From: Paramoeba atlantica
Taxonomy: Eukaryota; Protista; Discosea
Assembly: GCA_977017575.1 (NCBI GenBank)
Contig: CDRNVI010000016.1
Coordinates: forward strand, 124,001-188,000
Length of the DNA: 64,000 nt
Reading direction: 5' to 3'
The notes beneath the pieces were generated by a model. That model made no database searches, had not been told where the DNA came from, and saw only the letters and a program-made list of their open reading frames with translations. Shown piece after piece: positions 1 to 10,593 of this stretch. Position 1 is the stretch's first letter. Each line of letters starts with the position of its first letter. Made by a program: the position numbers and the translations under genes.

Positions 1-144
1 TACCGCCGGCCAAGGATAAAATTATCTGATGCAAGGCCGACCTCACAAGAGTCCGAGAATGATTCCGATGAGGAGAGAGATTCATCCAAACATCCTGAAG
101 ATTGCGAAGGCGCCTCCGATGATACCACAGGCGAAGAATCTGAT

Positions 145-627
145 GTGATGTCGGTGGATGGGGAAGTGACGTCGATGGATTGGGAAGTGGGGCAACGCAA
201 AAACGAAGAATTTCCGAAGGCTCCAGATCACATCAACACCATTATCCATGAATGGGGAAAAGGAACGACGTGCGAACTGAGATGGGGATTCAAAAAAGAG
301 CAGAAATATGCCTCAAAAGGAGTAGTGGTGAAGAGGACTGTCCGAAAAGGTATTGTGAAGCTGAAGGTGGAATACAAGCCAAGCGACGGAGACAATGGAC
401 CCTCTGGTTTTATCTACCTTCCTCCATCTGCAAAAGTGAAAATTTGGTCCATTAAGGCACTGTGTCTAAATAAAGTAAAAAGCGTCGTTGTGTCAATGGA
501 AAACACTGGAAATTCAGAGAACAAGGAGGAGCGAGGCATTGAGGGAACATCTGATTTGGAACCGCTGCCAAAGATGGCACAAATTGATCCAACGTTTGCC
601 GTCCACGTAATGTCCACCTTGTATTAA
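145..627 (+). pseudogene. possible gag-like ORF1 fragment of element C
   Basis: Weak W-G...G-V-V...L-K-V...P pattern resembles the N-terminal domain of the gag ORFs at 6229-7092 and 11180-11791. Similarity judged by eye only. Confidence 0.25.
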
Positions 628-650
628 AAATCTGTCAGCGCAGAATAAAT

Positions 651-1169
651 TTGCTCAACCGAGTGCCGCATATGGCTAATCAAGTCGTGGACCTTCCGTA
701 TAAGATTCGTTCTAAGCTGGGAGAATGGCGCAACAAACTGCTTGAAAACGTACCCGTTGAGCCCTCTCCGCATCCCGAGTTATCACCGCCGCGTCATAAC
801 CTTTATACCGATGCGTCAGCCAAGGGATGGGGGGCGATCTTATATCTCGACAATGGGGAGGTATGTATTGTCGGAAGTCCGTGGGAGCCGGGGACAGAAT
901 ATGAAGTCAACAAGGCCGAAGCTCAAGCGGTACGACTCGCACTTGAAAAATTTGCGGACAAATTTGAGCCACATACGTGTCTTCAGTTGTGGATCGATAA
1001 CACTTCCTGCAAGGCCGCATTCAACAGAAAAATTTGTAAATCAGACGGGATTGCACCAGAGTTGTGCAGTGTTTTGGAGTGGGCGAAAGAACGACACCTT
1101 TGCATCAAAGCGAATTACGTTTCGACAAAGCTCAATCCTGCAGATCATTTTAGTCGGAATTTCGAGTGA
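651..1169 (+). CDS. RT connection plus RNase H domain of a DIRS-type retroelement (fragment)
   Basis: Motifs LYTDASAKGWG, VNKAEAQAV, LWIDNTS and YVSTKLNPADHFSR match the D-E-D-D catalytic layout of DIRS1-type RNase H. The RT core is absent upstream. Confidence 0.8.
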   Translation: MLNRVPHMANQVVDLPYKIRSKLGEWRNKLLENVPVEPSPHPELSPPRHNLYTDASAKGWGAILYLDNGEVCIVGSPWEPGTEYEVNKAEAQAVRLALEKFADKFEPHTCLQLWIDNTSCKAAFNRKICKSDGIAPELCSVLEWAKERHLCIKANYVSTKLNPADHFSRNFE

Positions 1170-1565
1170 CGATCATATACATGTAGTTTTCAAAAAAAAA
1201 ATTGTTTTCTTTAGTTCAGAATCTAGGCAGGGCTAGTTCCTCGGAAAAGCGTGTCACGAAGGTTTGGTCACCCTTTTTGGCATTCTATCATGACAAGCGA
1301 CATTGGATAAACGCGAGAAAGGAGCTCAATAGCTACGCGTGAGCGGGTTGGAGGCTGCGAGTGTTGGGGGGCTTAGCCCCTTCACATAGTATTTACTTGT
1401 TTATTATTGATTTTAGATTCGGTACCAAGTTATTATCTTATTAGCGTGCGCATTATAAATCGTAGTATACATGTATTCCTGTTCTATAAAAATATTGTAT
1501 GTTCAGTGAAAAGAGACAGAAGTGTGTATTTCTGGAATTAGATACTTTATATTGTTTCTGCTTTA

Positions 1566-3752
1566 TTGAATGTTCGGACGCCTCGCTGCGGATTTCAATT
1601 GTCAAAAGGTGCAGCTCCTGGCCCGACAGGTCTTAGTGAAAGCATGATGCGAATTTTAGTGGAGGACGAAGAATCCTGCCTTTCACTCTGCCACATGCTG
1701 AGAGACGTCATAAATGGGGAAGTTGCGAAAAGTGTCCGAGTTAGATTAACACGATGCAGAATGATAGCCCTTGCAAAACCGAACAATGGAATACGACCGG
1801 TTGCAATGGGGGAAACGCTGCTAAAAATTTGCGGTTGTATCCTCCTTGAGCGCCATGCGAACTCCTTGTCAGACATATTCCAACCGATCCAAAGAGGCAT
1901 ATTACAAAAGAATGCATGTGAGTCCATTGTACATGAAGTTTGGGAAGAGCATGAAGCTGGAGCCACAATTTTGACGATTGATTTCAAGAATGCATACAAT
2001 ACGCCACAACGTAAGGCAATAGAAGAAGCGCACCTTCAATACCCGGTATTCAAACACTTTATGCGAATGTTCTATTTTGAATATGGTCAACCATCGGAAC
2101 TTTTATTTTTCGCCAACGACTCCGTGATCGAAAGCTCGTCTGGTGTCCGTCAAGGATCAGCACTCTCTTCGGTTTATTTTTGCGCACTGCTACAAGGTCC
2201 TTTGAAAGAAATTGCGAAGCTCTATCCAGAGGTTACTATCAGAGCCTACCAGGACGATGTGACGATGAGCTCCAAAAATGAGTCGTCTTTGGAAGTTGCG
2301 TTCCTTCACCTCAAAGAACTAGCAAGTGGTCTGAATCTTGAAATTAATTCCCGTAAATGCGAAGTATTCCAAGGCAACAGTTCAACGAATAATCGAGGGA
2401 TGGATCTCAAGGAACTTGGGGTGGAAGACTGTGTGGATTCCATCAAGGTCCTAGGAGCATACATCGGGCATAATAAAGCCGTTGAACGAAGGCTCTTGGA
2501 GAAGTTAGGGAAACATAAATGTTTATTTCGAAGACTTCGCGCTATGGGTCCCAGCAACTTGTCACTAGCGATTCTCAAGCGATGTACCATACCCCTTCAT
2601 GATTACCACCTTCGAGTCCACAAACCTGGAGCTTCGTTTTTTCTTGCCCAGGTGTTCGACGAGGAAATCCACGAGATCTTAAAGAAATGGTGTGGTGCAG
2701 ATAGTGAAGCACTTAAACTCTCTGCCCTCCCATGTAAAATGGGAGGTCTGGGAATCACCTCAACCGTTCTAAAGCAACGCTACTTTTTCGAAGCGTCCCT
2801 AAAATCTATTGATGAGCGATCGAAACCCATTAATGCTCGGGTAGATAAGGGAGGCAAGAAACAAGCAGGCAGCACAAGAACGAATTCACAGGCTGCACGC
2901 ACCCAGCTAAGAAAGAGCATGAAGAATGAACACGAGAAGACAGCAGCAGAATTGAATGCAATACCGAGATTCCAGAATATCATAAAGCGAACGAAGGAGG
3001 CGAACAATCACTTAGATTCAACGTGCAACTACGTAAATCCATATCTTTTTCGTTACACTCTAATGATGCGCCTAGGAATTGCTCTAAGTAATGTGTCAGG
3101 CGAGATTACATGCCCTGGGTGTGGAACAATCGAAACATCAAGCAAAATCATTCCTCACGTAGCGGGATGTTCACGATGTGCTGGCATGAATTGCACGAGA
3201 AAACATTCTCATTTGGTACGCTATATTGCCGAAATGTGTTCCAAAGCTGGTCTTCCATGTGCGATCGAACCTCGTATTCATGCGTCCTTTTTTTGCACCA
3301 AATGCAAGTGCTCAATTTCCCCAGAAGCGGCGGAATACCATACTTGCCGAGCGCGTCGAATTAGATCTGGCCCAGACCTAGCGATTATGTGGCCAGATGT
3401 TGGAGAAATTTTATACGACGTTACCGTGGTACATACGTGCTGTAGCAGCTATGCAAAGCAGAGCAGCAATGCCCTGCTGCAGAGTGCGGAAGAGCGGAAG
3501 ATAGCAAAATATGTCAGAGAAAAAGGTCTTGATCCAGAATGCTTTCGCTGCATAGCTGTGACAGATTGTGGAGTACTACATGAAGAGGCAAAAGTTTTGC
3601 TGAAAACATTGGCGAAAAGAAATGATGTTGATTACAAGATTGTACGAGAAGCTTTTCAACTTGAACTGGAAAAATATTCAGCCTACGCAGTCGTCTCTCA
3701 GTTGCGCCAATATATAGAAACCGAGAAATGGGTAGGAGGACTCCGTCTTTAA
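1566..3752 (+). CDS. CRE/SLACS-clade non-LTR retrotransposon ORF: reverse transcriptase, Zn knuckle and restriction-like endonuclease (CRE1)
   Basis: Motifs KGAAPGPTG, IRPVAMGE, TIDFKNAYN, GVRQGSAL and AYQDD (RT); CPGC..H..GC knuckle; RKH, PDL, YDVTVVH and E-R-K-I-A-K-Y (RLE). Open for ~718 codons from 1597. The first ~10 codons come from the inserted element C. Confidence 0.92.
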   Translation: MNVRTPRCGFQLSKGAAPGPTGLSESMMRILVEDEESCLSLCHMLRDVINGEVAKSVRVRLTRCRMIALAKPNNGIRPVAMGETLLKICGCILLERHANSLSDIFQPIQRGILQKNACESIVHEVWEEHEAGATILTIDFKNAYNTPQRKAIEEAHLQYPVFKHFMRMFYFEYGQPSELLFFANDSVIESSSGVRQGSALSSVYFCALLQGPLKEIAKLYPEVTIRAYQDDVTMSSKNESSLEVAFLHLKELASGLNLEINSRKCEVFQGNSSTNNRGMDLKELGVEDCVDSIKVLGAYIGHNKAVERRLLEKLGKHKCLFRRLRAMGPSNLSLAILKRCTIPLHDYHLRVHKPGASFFLAQVFDEEIHEILKKWCGADSEALKLSALPCKMGGLGITSTVLKQRYFFEASLKSIDERSKPINARVDKGGKKQAGSTRTNSQAARTQLRKSMKNEHEKTAAELNAIPRFQNIIKRTKEANNHLDSTCNYVNPYLFRYTLMMRLGIALSNVSGEITCPGCGTIETSSKIIPHVAGCSRCAGMNCTRKHSHLVRYIAEMCSKAGLPCAIEPRIHASFFCTKCKCSISPEAAEYHTCRARRIRSGPDLAIMWPDVGEILYDVTVVHTCCSSYAKQSSNALLQSAEERKIAKYVREKGLDPECFRCIAVTDCGVLHEEAKVLLKTLAKRNDVDYKIVREAFQLELEKYSAYAVVSQLRQYIETEKWVGGLRL

Positions 3753-3769
3753 ACACTCCTCTGAATATT

Positions 3770-4095
3770 ACATTTTCGCTGCTTTTAACATTTCGTTAAT
3801 AATGTTTCGTTGCTTTCAGCCTTTGGTGATTACTGTTTCGCTGCTTGGTTAGGTTTCAGCCTTTGGTTATTTTTGTTTTGCTGCTTGGTGATTATTGTTC
3901 CGCAGCTTTCAGCTCTTGGTTGTTACTGTTTCGCTGCTTTGGGTTATCACCGTTTCGCTGCTTTGAGTCGTCACTTTTTCGCTGCTTTCAGCATTCGTCT
4001 ATTACTGTTTTGCTTTTTTGAGTTATCATTTTTCCCTGCTTTTAGCTATCACTATTTTCTGCTGCTTTCAGCATTTTGGCTATCACGGTTTCTCC
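3770..4095 (+). repeat. degenerate tandem repeat (core TTTCGCTGCTTT) downstream of CRE1, probably its 3' UTR
   Basis: Many imperfect copies of TTTCGCTGC / CTTTCAGC directly after the CRE1 stop codon. Confidence 0.7.
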
Positions 4096-4277
4096 AGTAA
4101 AGAGTTTTATCTATAGTGTGATGGCCCCCTTTTTGTTTAATACCCCCCCCCCCCAAAAAAAAAGATATTTTATGTATAAAATGGTTTTCTATAGACGCAA
4201 ATAAAGAAAATTTCATGTTGGAGTTTCTTGAAAAAGGTGTTCTTATAAAAAAGGTAAAAAAAAAAAAAGTGGAATGG

Positions 4278-5463
4278 CTAGATAAGTTCAAAAGACCTGG
4301 AAGTACTGCGGATACTCGCTGTGTGCCCAGCGCTTTTGCTGTTGTAATCTGATTTGCGTTGTACCTCAACAGGCTTTCGAGATTGAGATGTTTGGTCAGG
4401 TGCTGTACCTCCGACAAGAGTAGGTGGCCGTCGGCCACTTTTTGGAAGAGAAACGTTATCGCGCCCCGCTTGATAGAGTGGGTCCCATATCCGCTTCCGA
4501 GGACGTCCCTTATTTGGTAGTCCATCTCCCTTACAGGAGTTCTGCACAACTTTTGGTTGAAGGGAAGACCCTCTAGATATCGCGCCAACTGCTCCGTCCC
4601 CGGTCCCGTTATCACAGCGTGCATGTATGGACGATAAGGGTTTAGCCATGTCGCCTTGGTACCTCGTCCCCAAAAGATGATTATTTCTTGAGGCGAGGTC
4701 TTGAGAAATTCTCTCTGCTTAATTCTGACACTTCCGTCCACCTTGCGGCCGCCTTCCAGCAGAGCAAGGTCGCCATTGCCTCCGAATTTGTCAATCTGCT
4801 GCACAGCTTTATTAGTAGATACGGTGTCAGTGGTTCCATTTGGCGCTGCGATTCCAGCCCTCCCTGCGCTTGTAGGGCTTTCGCGTACAACTTTAGTGGA
4901 GCGTTGCTTCCACTTAAGTGCGCGTAAATGGTTTGGAGAGCACGAGTGTACGTCAGACGAGTTGTTACGGCGATCTGTAGAGATTCGAGGAAGAGAGTAC
5001 AGTTTAAGGCCGTCGGGGGAAGATCCCTTTGAGCGCAAAACTGATGCAGGCGAGCCCATATCCGCTCCCTTGTGCACCACGTCGCATTCGCCCACATTGG
5101 CAAAACGGCGCGTTGGAGGTCGAGCGCGTGTGTATGCTGGGCATCGATCCCTAGCATTTGATTCGTTAATGTTATTCGACGGACTTTCGTTCCTGGTAGT
5201 TCGTGTTCTTCCTCTCTTTGGCTCAGTGGCTTCATTCGCTTCGGTCCGGTCGTTCTGACTGGTGTACCCACCTGTGGTTGACCTTGGGAATACGTCACGA
5301 GTAACGGATTCTTGCTTACGTGTGTTTGTGCAACGAGTGTGTGGACATATCTTACCCCGTTCCAGACATAGGGTTGATATGCAGTTAAGGAAAAGCCTGG
5401 TAAGTTCGCCCGCTGTCGTCGCAAGACATGGGCACGAGTAGCAATTTTCGGGGTGGGGAGCAC
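4278..5463 (-). pseudogene. tyrosine recombinase (one frameshift near 4690)
   Basis: N-terminal half (WANATWCTRERIW...; AARWTEV, catalytic Arg) in the 4681-5463 frame. C-terminal half in the 4052-5095 frame with TKAT (Lys), HSIKRGA (HxxR) and TKH...LLRY (His/Tyr). Confidence 0.88.
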
Positions 5464-7092
5464 TTCCTAGTGAAGCGCTCTTCTTTCGGCACGAAAGAAT
5501 AGCTCGCCGGAGCTCTCATGCCGCCACTCGCCACCCCCCGATAAAAATCCTGCTGCTTTAAGCGTGGGCAATTGACGCGTAAATGCCCAGGCATACGACA
5601 GTTGTAACAAACTGGAGGCTGAGTAGACCGAATGCGGCGTGTTTGTTTCGAGGTTTCTTCCATCATAATCCGGCCGTAAGATACATCCGGCCGTATAAAG
5701 ATACAGTTTCTGTACCTTGTTGGTACATTTTCCCTTTAGTTCATCTTTTCTTTCCCCGGCAACGGGCATAATCTTACTGTTTTATATGCCCGTTGCCGGC
5801 CGGCACTAAGGCCGAAACTGTCCCTCTTTCTCGGCGAAGTAGGGGACGCGCTTCCACGCCATCACCCCTCCCCGGCTCACTCCTTGAGTGGGTTTTCTTC
5901 CCTCCCCGGTTTTCTTCCCTTCGCGCCCTTTTCTTCCCGGGGAGCCATGCGCCATGGTGGCCTCCCTTGAGGACCACTGGGCGTGGCTCTGCCTCGTCTT
6001 ATCGCGAGGCAGTGGTCGGTTGCAGTGCGCCCCTCCGGCTGCGTAAAGAGGTGGTGAGTTGCCTGGACCACCTCTACCGACTGGGACCGAGTCGGTTGCA
6101 GTGCGCCCCTCCGGCTGCGTAAAGAGAGGGCGAGTTGCCTGGACCCCCTCTACCGACCGAGTCCGTGTCGAACCCCCTTGGTGCGACATCCGTCAATACG
6201 GATTGTGCCGATGATATCGGCTGTCGCATCAAGGGCTGTATCTCTGCGCCAACGAGCGCATGAACATCAAAACCTCAGGATTCTTTACCTGGTGAAGTCT
6301 CTGCTGCACTTTTTCAACCGGAGCACCCGCGGCGGCCCAATAATGGTTTCTTAATTCTTCGATGATGATCTTTGCAATATTATAAAAGTTTTCGTCTGTC
6401 CAATCTTGGAGTTTCCGGGCTGCACAAATCCATTGCACGAGCATCTCGAAAAGTTTTTCCCGAACAAGTGGAGGGTTGAATCGAACCCCAAATTCTTTGG
6501 TATCTCGGAGCTCGCGGACCAGCTCGCGGGGTTTAAACTCGTCTTCTGCCTCAATCCAAGGACCCCACGTTTTAGGTTCGATAGGTGAGAAATTCTTCGG
6601 GTCGGATACGGTCATTCTTTCCAGAGAGGGTAGATGTTCAACGCGCTCGCCCCCAGGCATCTGAGCTTGCACTTTGGCGATCGCTAGCGAGAAATAATCA
6701 ATATCCGGAAAAGGAAAGCTGTACTCCATATCAGCTTCGTCTTCCCAGCGCGCCTTCAATTCCGAGCGATCGGGATCGTTGGGATGCTTAAAGTACACAC
6801 TGCCGGTTACGGTATATCGTTCGGTCTCATCTCGGTGTCCCCATATCGCCTGAATCCAGATCTTGTGCCCGCGGGACAGTAGTAATCGCATCTTATGGAC
6901 AAATTCGTACTTTGCTTCTTCCGTCATCGGCGGCGGGACCTCATTCTGCAAGAGGGCCTCAACCTGGTCGGGGTTAAGGGTGCCTCCACGCCTACCACTA
7001 CGCGGAATCGGGGGTTCGGGAGCCTGAGGCTCAGGGCTGTTGGCTCGAGAGCGGGATATTGCCCTTGTAACGGCTTGCACGATTCCAGACAT
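5385..7092 (-). pseudogene. gag-like ORF1 with C-terminal CCHC zinc knuckle (frameshifted)
   Basis: 6229-7092 aligns over ~200 aa with the gag of element B (WIxAxWGH, ELKARW, PKTWGPWIEA). CYNCRMPGHLRVNCP lies in the 5385-5666 frame. Confidence 0.75.
6015..6157. repeat. ~76-bp tandem duplication inside element A gag
   Basis: GTCGGTTGCAGTGCGCCCCTCCGGCTGCGTAAAGAG at 6015 and 6091; GAGTTGCCTGGACC at 6056 and 6132. Confidence 0.85.
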
Positions 7093-7470
7093 TCGAAAAC
7101 GTGTAGTACAGTAGTTAGAAATGGATAGCCTCTAAACAAATCAATAAAATGTTTTGTTACTACATTAAATGCTTTGATTATAAAGAAGAGCGTACAATGC
7201 CCGCCGGCCATATCAGCATATAATAGGAAACATATATAGGAAAAAGCCCTCGCCCAAATTTCTTACCGTAAACTTTTAAGAGTTTTGTTTATTGATTGAT
7301 TGAAACAACAGCACAAAAGCAGCAGACTATCCAATAAGATTTTCTTTTTCTTTTTCTCACGGGGTCGTTTTCGGAACGTGCAACTTTACCAAAAGACATC
7401 CATGCAGTTTTCGATTGACCAACCGCAAGTCGTAGATTAGCTTTCTCTGCTTCCCGAGAAACGCTGTTTA

Positions 7471-7971
7471 TCATATTTTGCAAACCTTCCCGCGAAAATA
7501 TATATATATATAATAATAATCATTTCGCAGACGCTGCAACCACGACATAATAAGAGGAGGACCCGCGCACCAGCGGGACATCCATGATACTACATTCTTG
7601 TTGTCAGAGATAAAGGTCACATTTTTTAAGTTTCGTTCTTTACATTCCCTCAGACCCATCTCAGCAGCATACAGTTCTTTATAGGCGATTGGCTTCTCTT
7701 TCAACCAGGAGGGAAAAATACCACTGCGATCTCGTAGATTCCCTGCTTCCCACCAGGCGAGACCCCATCTGCCCTGTGACGCGTCCACGTAGATACGCTC
7801 ACTTTCGTCTGCTGACTCTCCAACGCTCCGGGGTGTGTTGATTTCGATACGATTTAGGAGTTCAATCAAGGCTGTAACAAATTCCGGTCGCATCCAACAG
7901 GCCTTGTCCCAGTAGATCGGATTGCAAGAAAGAAACCGGGCTCTGTTGCGAATCCATAGCAGAATTGCTCA
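7471..7971 (-). pseudogene. RT thumb plus RNase H fragment of a second DIRS-type retroelement (element E)
   Basis: Motifs IYVDASQGRWG, IAYKELYAA and FISDNKNVV. The frame extends upstream of the listed ORF to a TGA near 7972. Confidence 0.75.
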
Positions 7972-8238
7972 TCAGAATATATTTTTAATAAACAAATAAT
8001 TAATTTGTAATCACTAAATAAATTTTTTCAAATACGAGGCACCCAAATACCTGTGTTTTGAACGTTATTATAAATAAAATTATTTGATGAATATAGTACT
8101 AAAGGACGTCCTTATAAAAACAATCTTCACCTCTCTCTCTCTCTCTCTTGCGAACGGGTAGTTCCCCGGCGGGGACCACCCCTTTCCTTTTGCGAAAATA
8201 GAGAAAAGCTACTAGCGTAATAATATTAGGACCATAAC

Positions 8239-8359
8239 ATTTTCTTTTTTAGGCTCTTCGTTAAACGCGGTGGTTGCTTTCAACTTAGAAGTCACTCATG
8301 CTGCGCGCTTCGCGTTGAAAACTACCGCCGCGTTTAACGAAGAGCCTAAAAAAGAAAAT
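8239..8359. repeat. long inverted repeat (32-bp perfect arms)
   Basis: ATTTTCTTTTTTAGGCTCTTCGTTAAACGCGG (8239-8270) is the exact reverse complement of 8328-8359, and imperfect pairing continues inward. Confidence 0.9.
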
Positions 8360-8705
8360 TTAGCCTGGAAAACGGAAAGATTATAGCCAAAAATAGCCGA
8401 ATTTCGGGTACAAATGGGGTCATTTTCGCATATTTTTGCTCTCAGAACACTAAATCCGACATTTGCGCGTGGGAAATCACTCGCAGGCATGAATGGAAGC
8501 CTACCGAACGTATTGGGTAGAGAATGCGACTCCAACCATACCATTCTTTCGACACAAAAATGCCCCTTTAGGTCCGAAAAATACTTTTTCACCTTTTTTA
8601 GTCAAAAATGAGTCATTTTGGGGGGCGCACCACAGTTCGAAGAAGTGATACCTTGCGAAAACAACTGCGTAGAAAGCTAGTGTAGGTCCCAAACTATCAA
8701 AATAC

Positions 8706-8920
8706 AATAGGGGAAACGATTTTGGAAAAATATTTTTTTTGTCATTTTTTTCGCCAAGTTGAAATTGTTTTCAAAATTTTTTTTCCGAAAAAATCCGAAC
8801 TTGGCGGACCCGTCCTGCGGATACGCGGGGGGGTCACCCCCGGGTAGGGGGGTGGAAAATGCGCGCCAAGACCCCGGCTACCCTTTCTGCGGTTTTTTTT
8901 CGAAAACTAATTTTTTCGAA
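8706..8920. repeat. dispersed repeat, copy 1 (MITE or TIR-like)
   Basis: Near-identical to 20477-20680 (AATAGGGGAAACGATTTTGG...GGCGGACCCGTCCTGCGGATACGCGGGG...GCCAAGACCCCGGCTACCC). Confidence 0.85.
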
Positions 8921-9144
8921 AAAATTTGCACGACCATGCCCCCCCCCCCTGGACCCCCCCCCCTGGACCCCCCCATGGACCCCCCATTTTTTTCAAAATT
9001 TTTTTTCAGTTTTGGACCACCGGAGCCCCCTTTTATATTTTTTTCTTCTATTATATTACTGTGTTCCCCTTTATATTTTCACTGTTTTTGTTCACTTTTT
9101 TTTCAATAATCGAGTGTAGAGCGGTAGTTTTACAACCACCGCAA

Positions 9145-9327
9145 TAAAGTATAGTATTGTATAATTGATAAATAATCTACAAATATACATGGTTCCCCCC
9201 AGAGGGGGCAATATCACACTGAAATCAGATCATAATATTAAAATATCATGTGCCCCGTAGGGCCACGGTCGGATCTCATACAGAATCAAAAGTATCTTCT
9301 TTGACCAATTCTTTCCGTAAACTATAA
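9145..9327 (-). mobile_element. isolated 5' leader fragment of the VIPER-like family (element D)
   Basis: TTATAGTTTACGGAAAGAATT resembles the family 5' terminus. GGCCCTACGGGGCACATG matches the GGCCCTTCGGGGCACAT leader motif of element B. Confidence 0.5.
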
Positions 9328-10593
9328 TCACCGTTATGTAGTCGCATTGTGCAATCCCCAGTCAGAATGTCTATGTTGAATGTTGTTAGGCTTTCTATCC
9401 CATTGGGGATGTTGCCTCCCCGGAGTAAGCCGAGGTAGCTTTGGGGGAGGCTATCACTCAAAGGTGGATTTTCATCCACCTTGTCCGCTGAACTATCTTA
9501 ACCCTTTCAGGTTGAGACATTCAAATCCAAGGACAGCATGCAAATCCAAGGACTACATAAGTATGTTCCGCAGGACCGAGAGTGGCCTCCCCCGGAGTAG
9601 CCGCCCACTACTGCTTGCTGGCATAGTTCGGGAGCGTTGAGTCTCAGCTTCAACAGTTTAGACTCCTCAGCTTCAATGGACCAAGTCTTCTAGGGTGTTA
9701 TACCCCCGAGTGGCCTTGGCTCCTCAGCTTCAACGGGCAGAATGTCTATATGTAGCTCTTGAAGCTTTTTTTTTACAGTATATTGTATTCTATTCTTTTG
9801 AATACTTTAGACAAAACACTGCATAATTAATCATAAATAGTTCGATCAGCATGCATACTTCTTATTCTACATATAAATGCTTCAATTACCGTAAACCAAT
9901 CGTACCCCGTAAACCATAAAAACGCACTGGAGGGTTCCTTTCCCGGTCTTTCGAAGCTAAGCGAAAGATTCCGAAATGATAGGAAGGGAATGGTCGAAAA
10001 GAAAGAAAGATATCGCCACGGTTGAAGAATTTTCTGGAGCTCTCTAAAGCCGAAGGCCTCCCATCCAGTTCTCAGTTGGGGCGTACTCTCGCAGTTGAGT
10101 TACGACTGTGTATGCTGACATCTTTTCAATTTCTAGTTGAAGAGTATGTCGCACGTTTTCGTAATTCAGTTTCGCTCGGTGCGCAAGCGCCTTCATTAGA
10201 TCTTTCGTGTCGCTGTGTAAAAGGCCACAATCCGAAGTGGCCAGACATCGGAACGAATCGCTATCGAAGCCTTTTTCGGAGACGTATTTCTTAAATTTTC
10301 GGTCGATGACTTGTTGCATGAGGGTTGAACTGGTCTGTTTCGCGTAACTACTACAGCACGTGGGAACCACCGTGAAATCATAGAGGAAATCCACGGCGAG
10401 GCTCACAGCAGCATCAAGTAAAGTTAAAATGATATAAAGATAGATATACTCATCAAGAAATAAGACTCTGAAAATAGTTCGCATTACTCAGCCCTGAAAT
10501 ATGAGTTCACCTAAATATCTCCAAAATGAATGAAAAAAGGCCTTGCGCGCTATAACGTAAATATTAAATACTAGTAGTACGAAGTGAAGGGGC

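Larger units (their letters stand above)
1..1596 (+). mobile_element. 3' part of a tyrosine-recombinase (DIRS/VIPER-like) retroelement, probably internally deleted (element C)
   Basis: Contains a DIRS-type RNase H ORF (651-1169), a subterminal block GGAGGCTGCG...GGGGCTTAGCCCCTTCAC (1350-1385) and the terminus GCCTCGCTGCGGATTTC ending at 1596. Both motifs are shared with element B at 10386-12181 (minus). Confidence 0.75.
4278..7278 (-). mobile_element. VIPER-like YR retroelement (element A): 5' terminus, gag and YR present; 3'-truncated, no RT/RNase H
   Basis: 5' end TAAAAGTTTACGGTAAGAAATTTGGGCGAGGG at 7278 (minus) matches the 5' end of element B. Gag-like ORF with CCHC knuckle is followed by a YR ORF. 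Sequence runs into poly-T without RT or the 3' terminus. Confidence 0.85.

Noticed and set aside
1218-1236. AGAATCTAGGCAGGGCT as an internal copy of the 5' terminal arm (split direct repeat or ICR)
   Set aside because: Match is short and gapped, and not seen in element B; insufficient evidence from this window.
3810-4100. 96-aa hydrophobic ORF
   Set aside because: Translation of the TTTCGCTGC tandem repeat.
5684-5800. A complete SL RNA gene
   Set aside because: No AACTAA-type 5' half, no convincing Sm site or terminal T tract, and not in tandem array. Kept only as a motif-level finding.
4278-7971. RNase H upstream of gag-YR read as a circularly permuted single element
   Set aside because: The family 3' terminus (GGATTTC) does not abut the 5' end at 7278. 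Element A inserted into, or next to, an unrelated fragment is the simpler reading.
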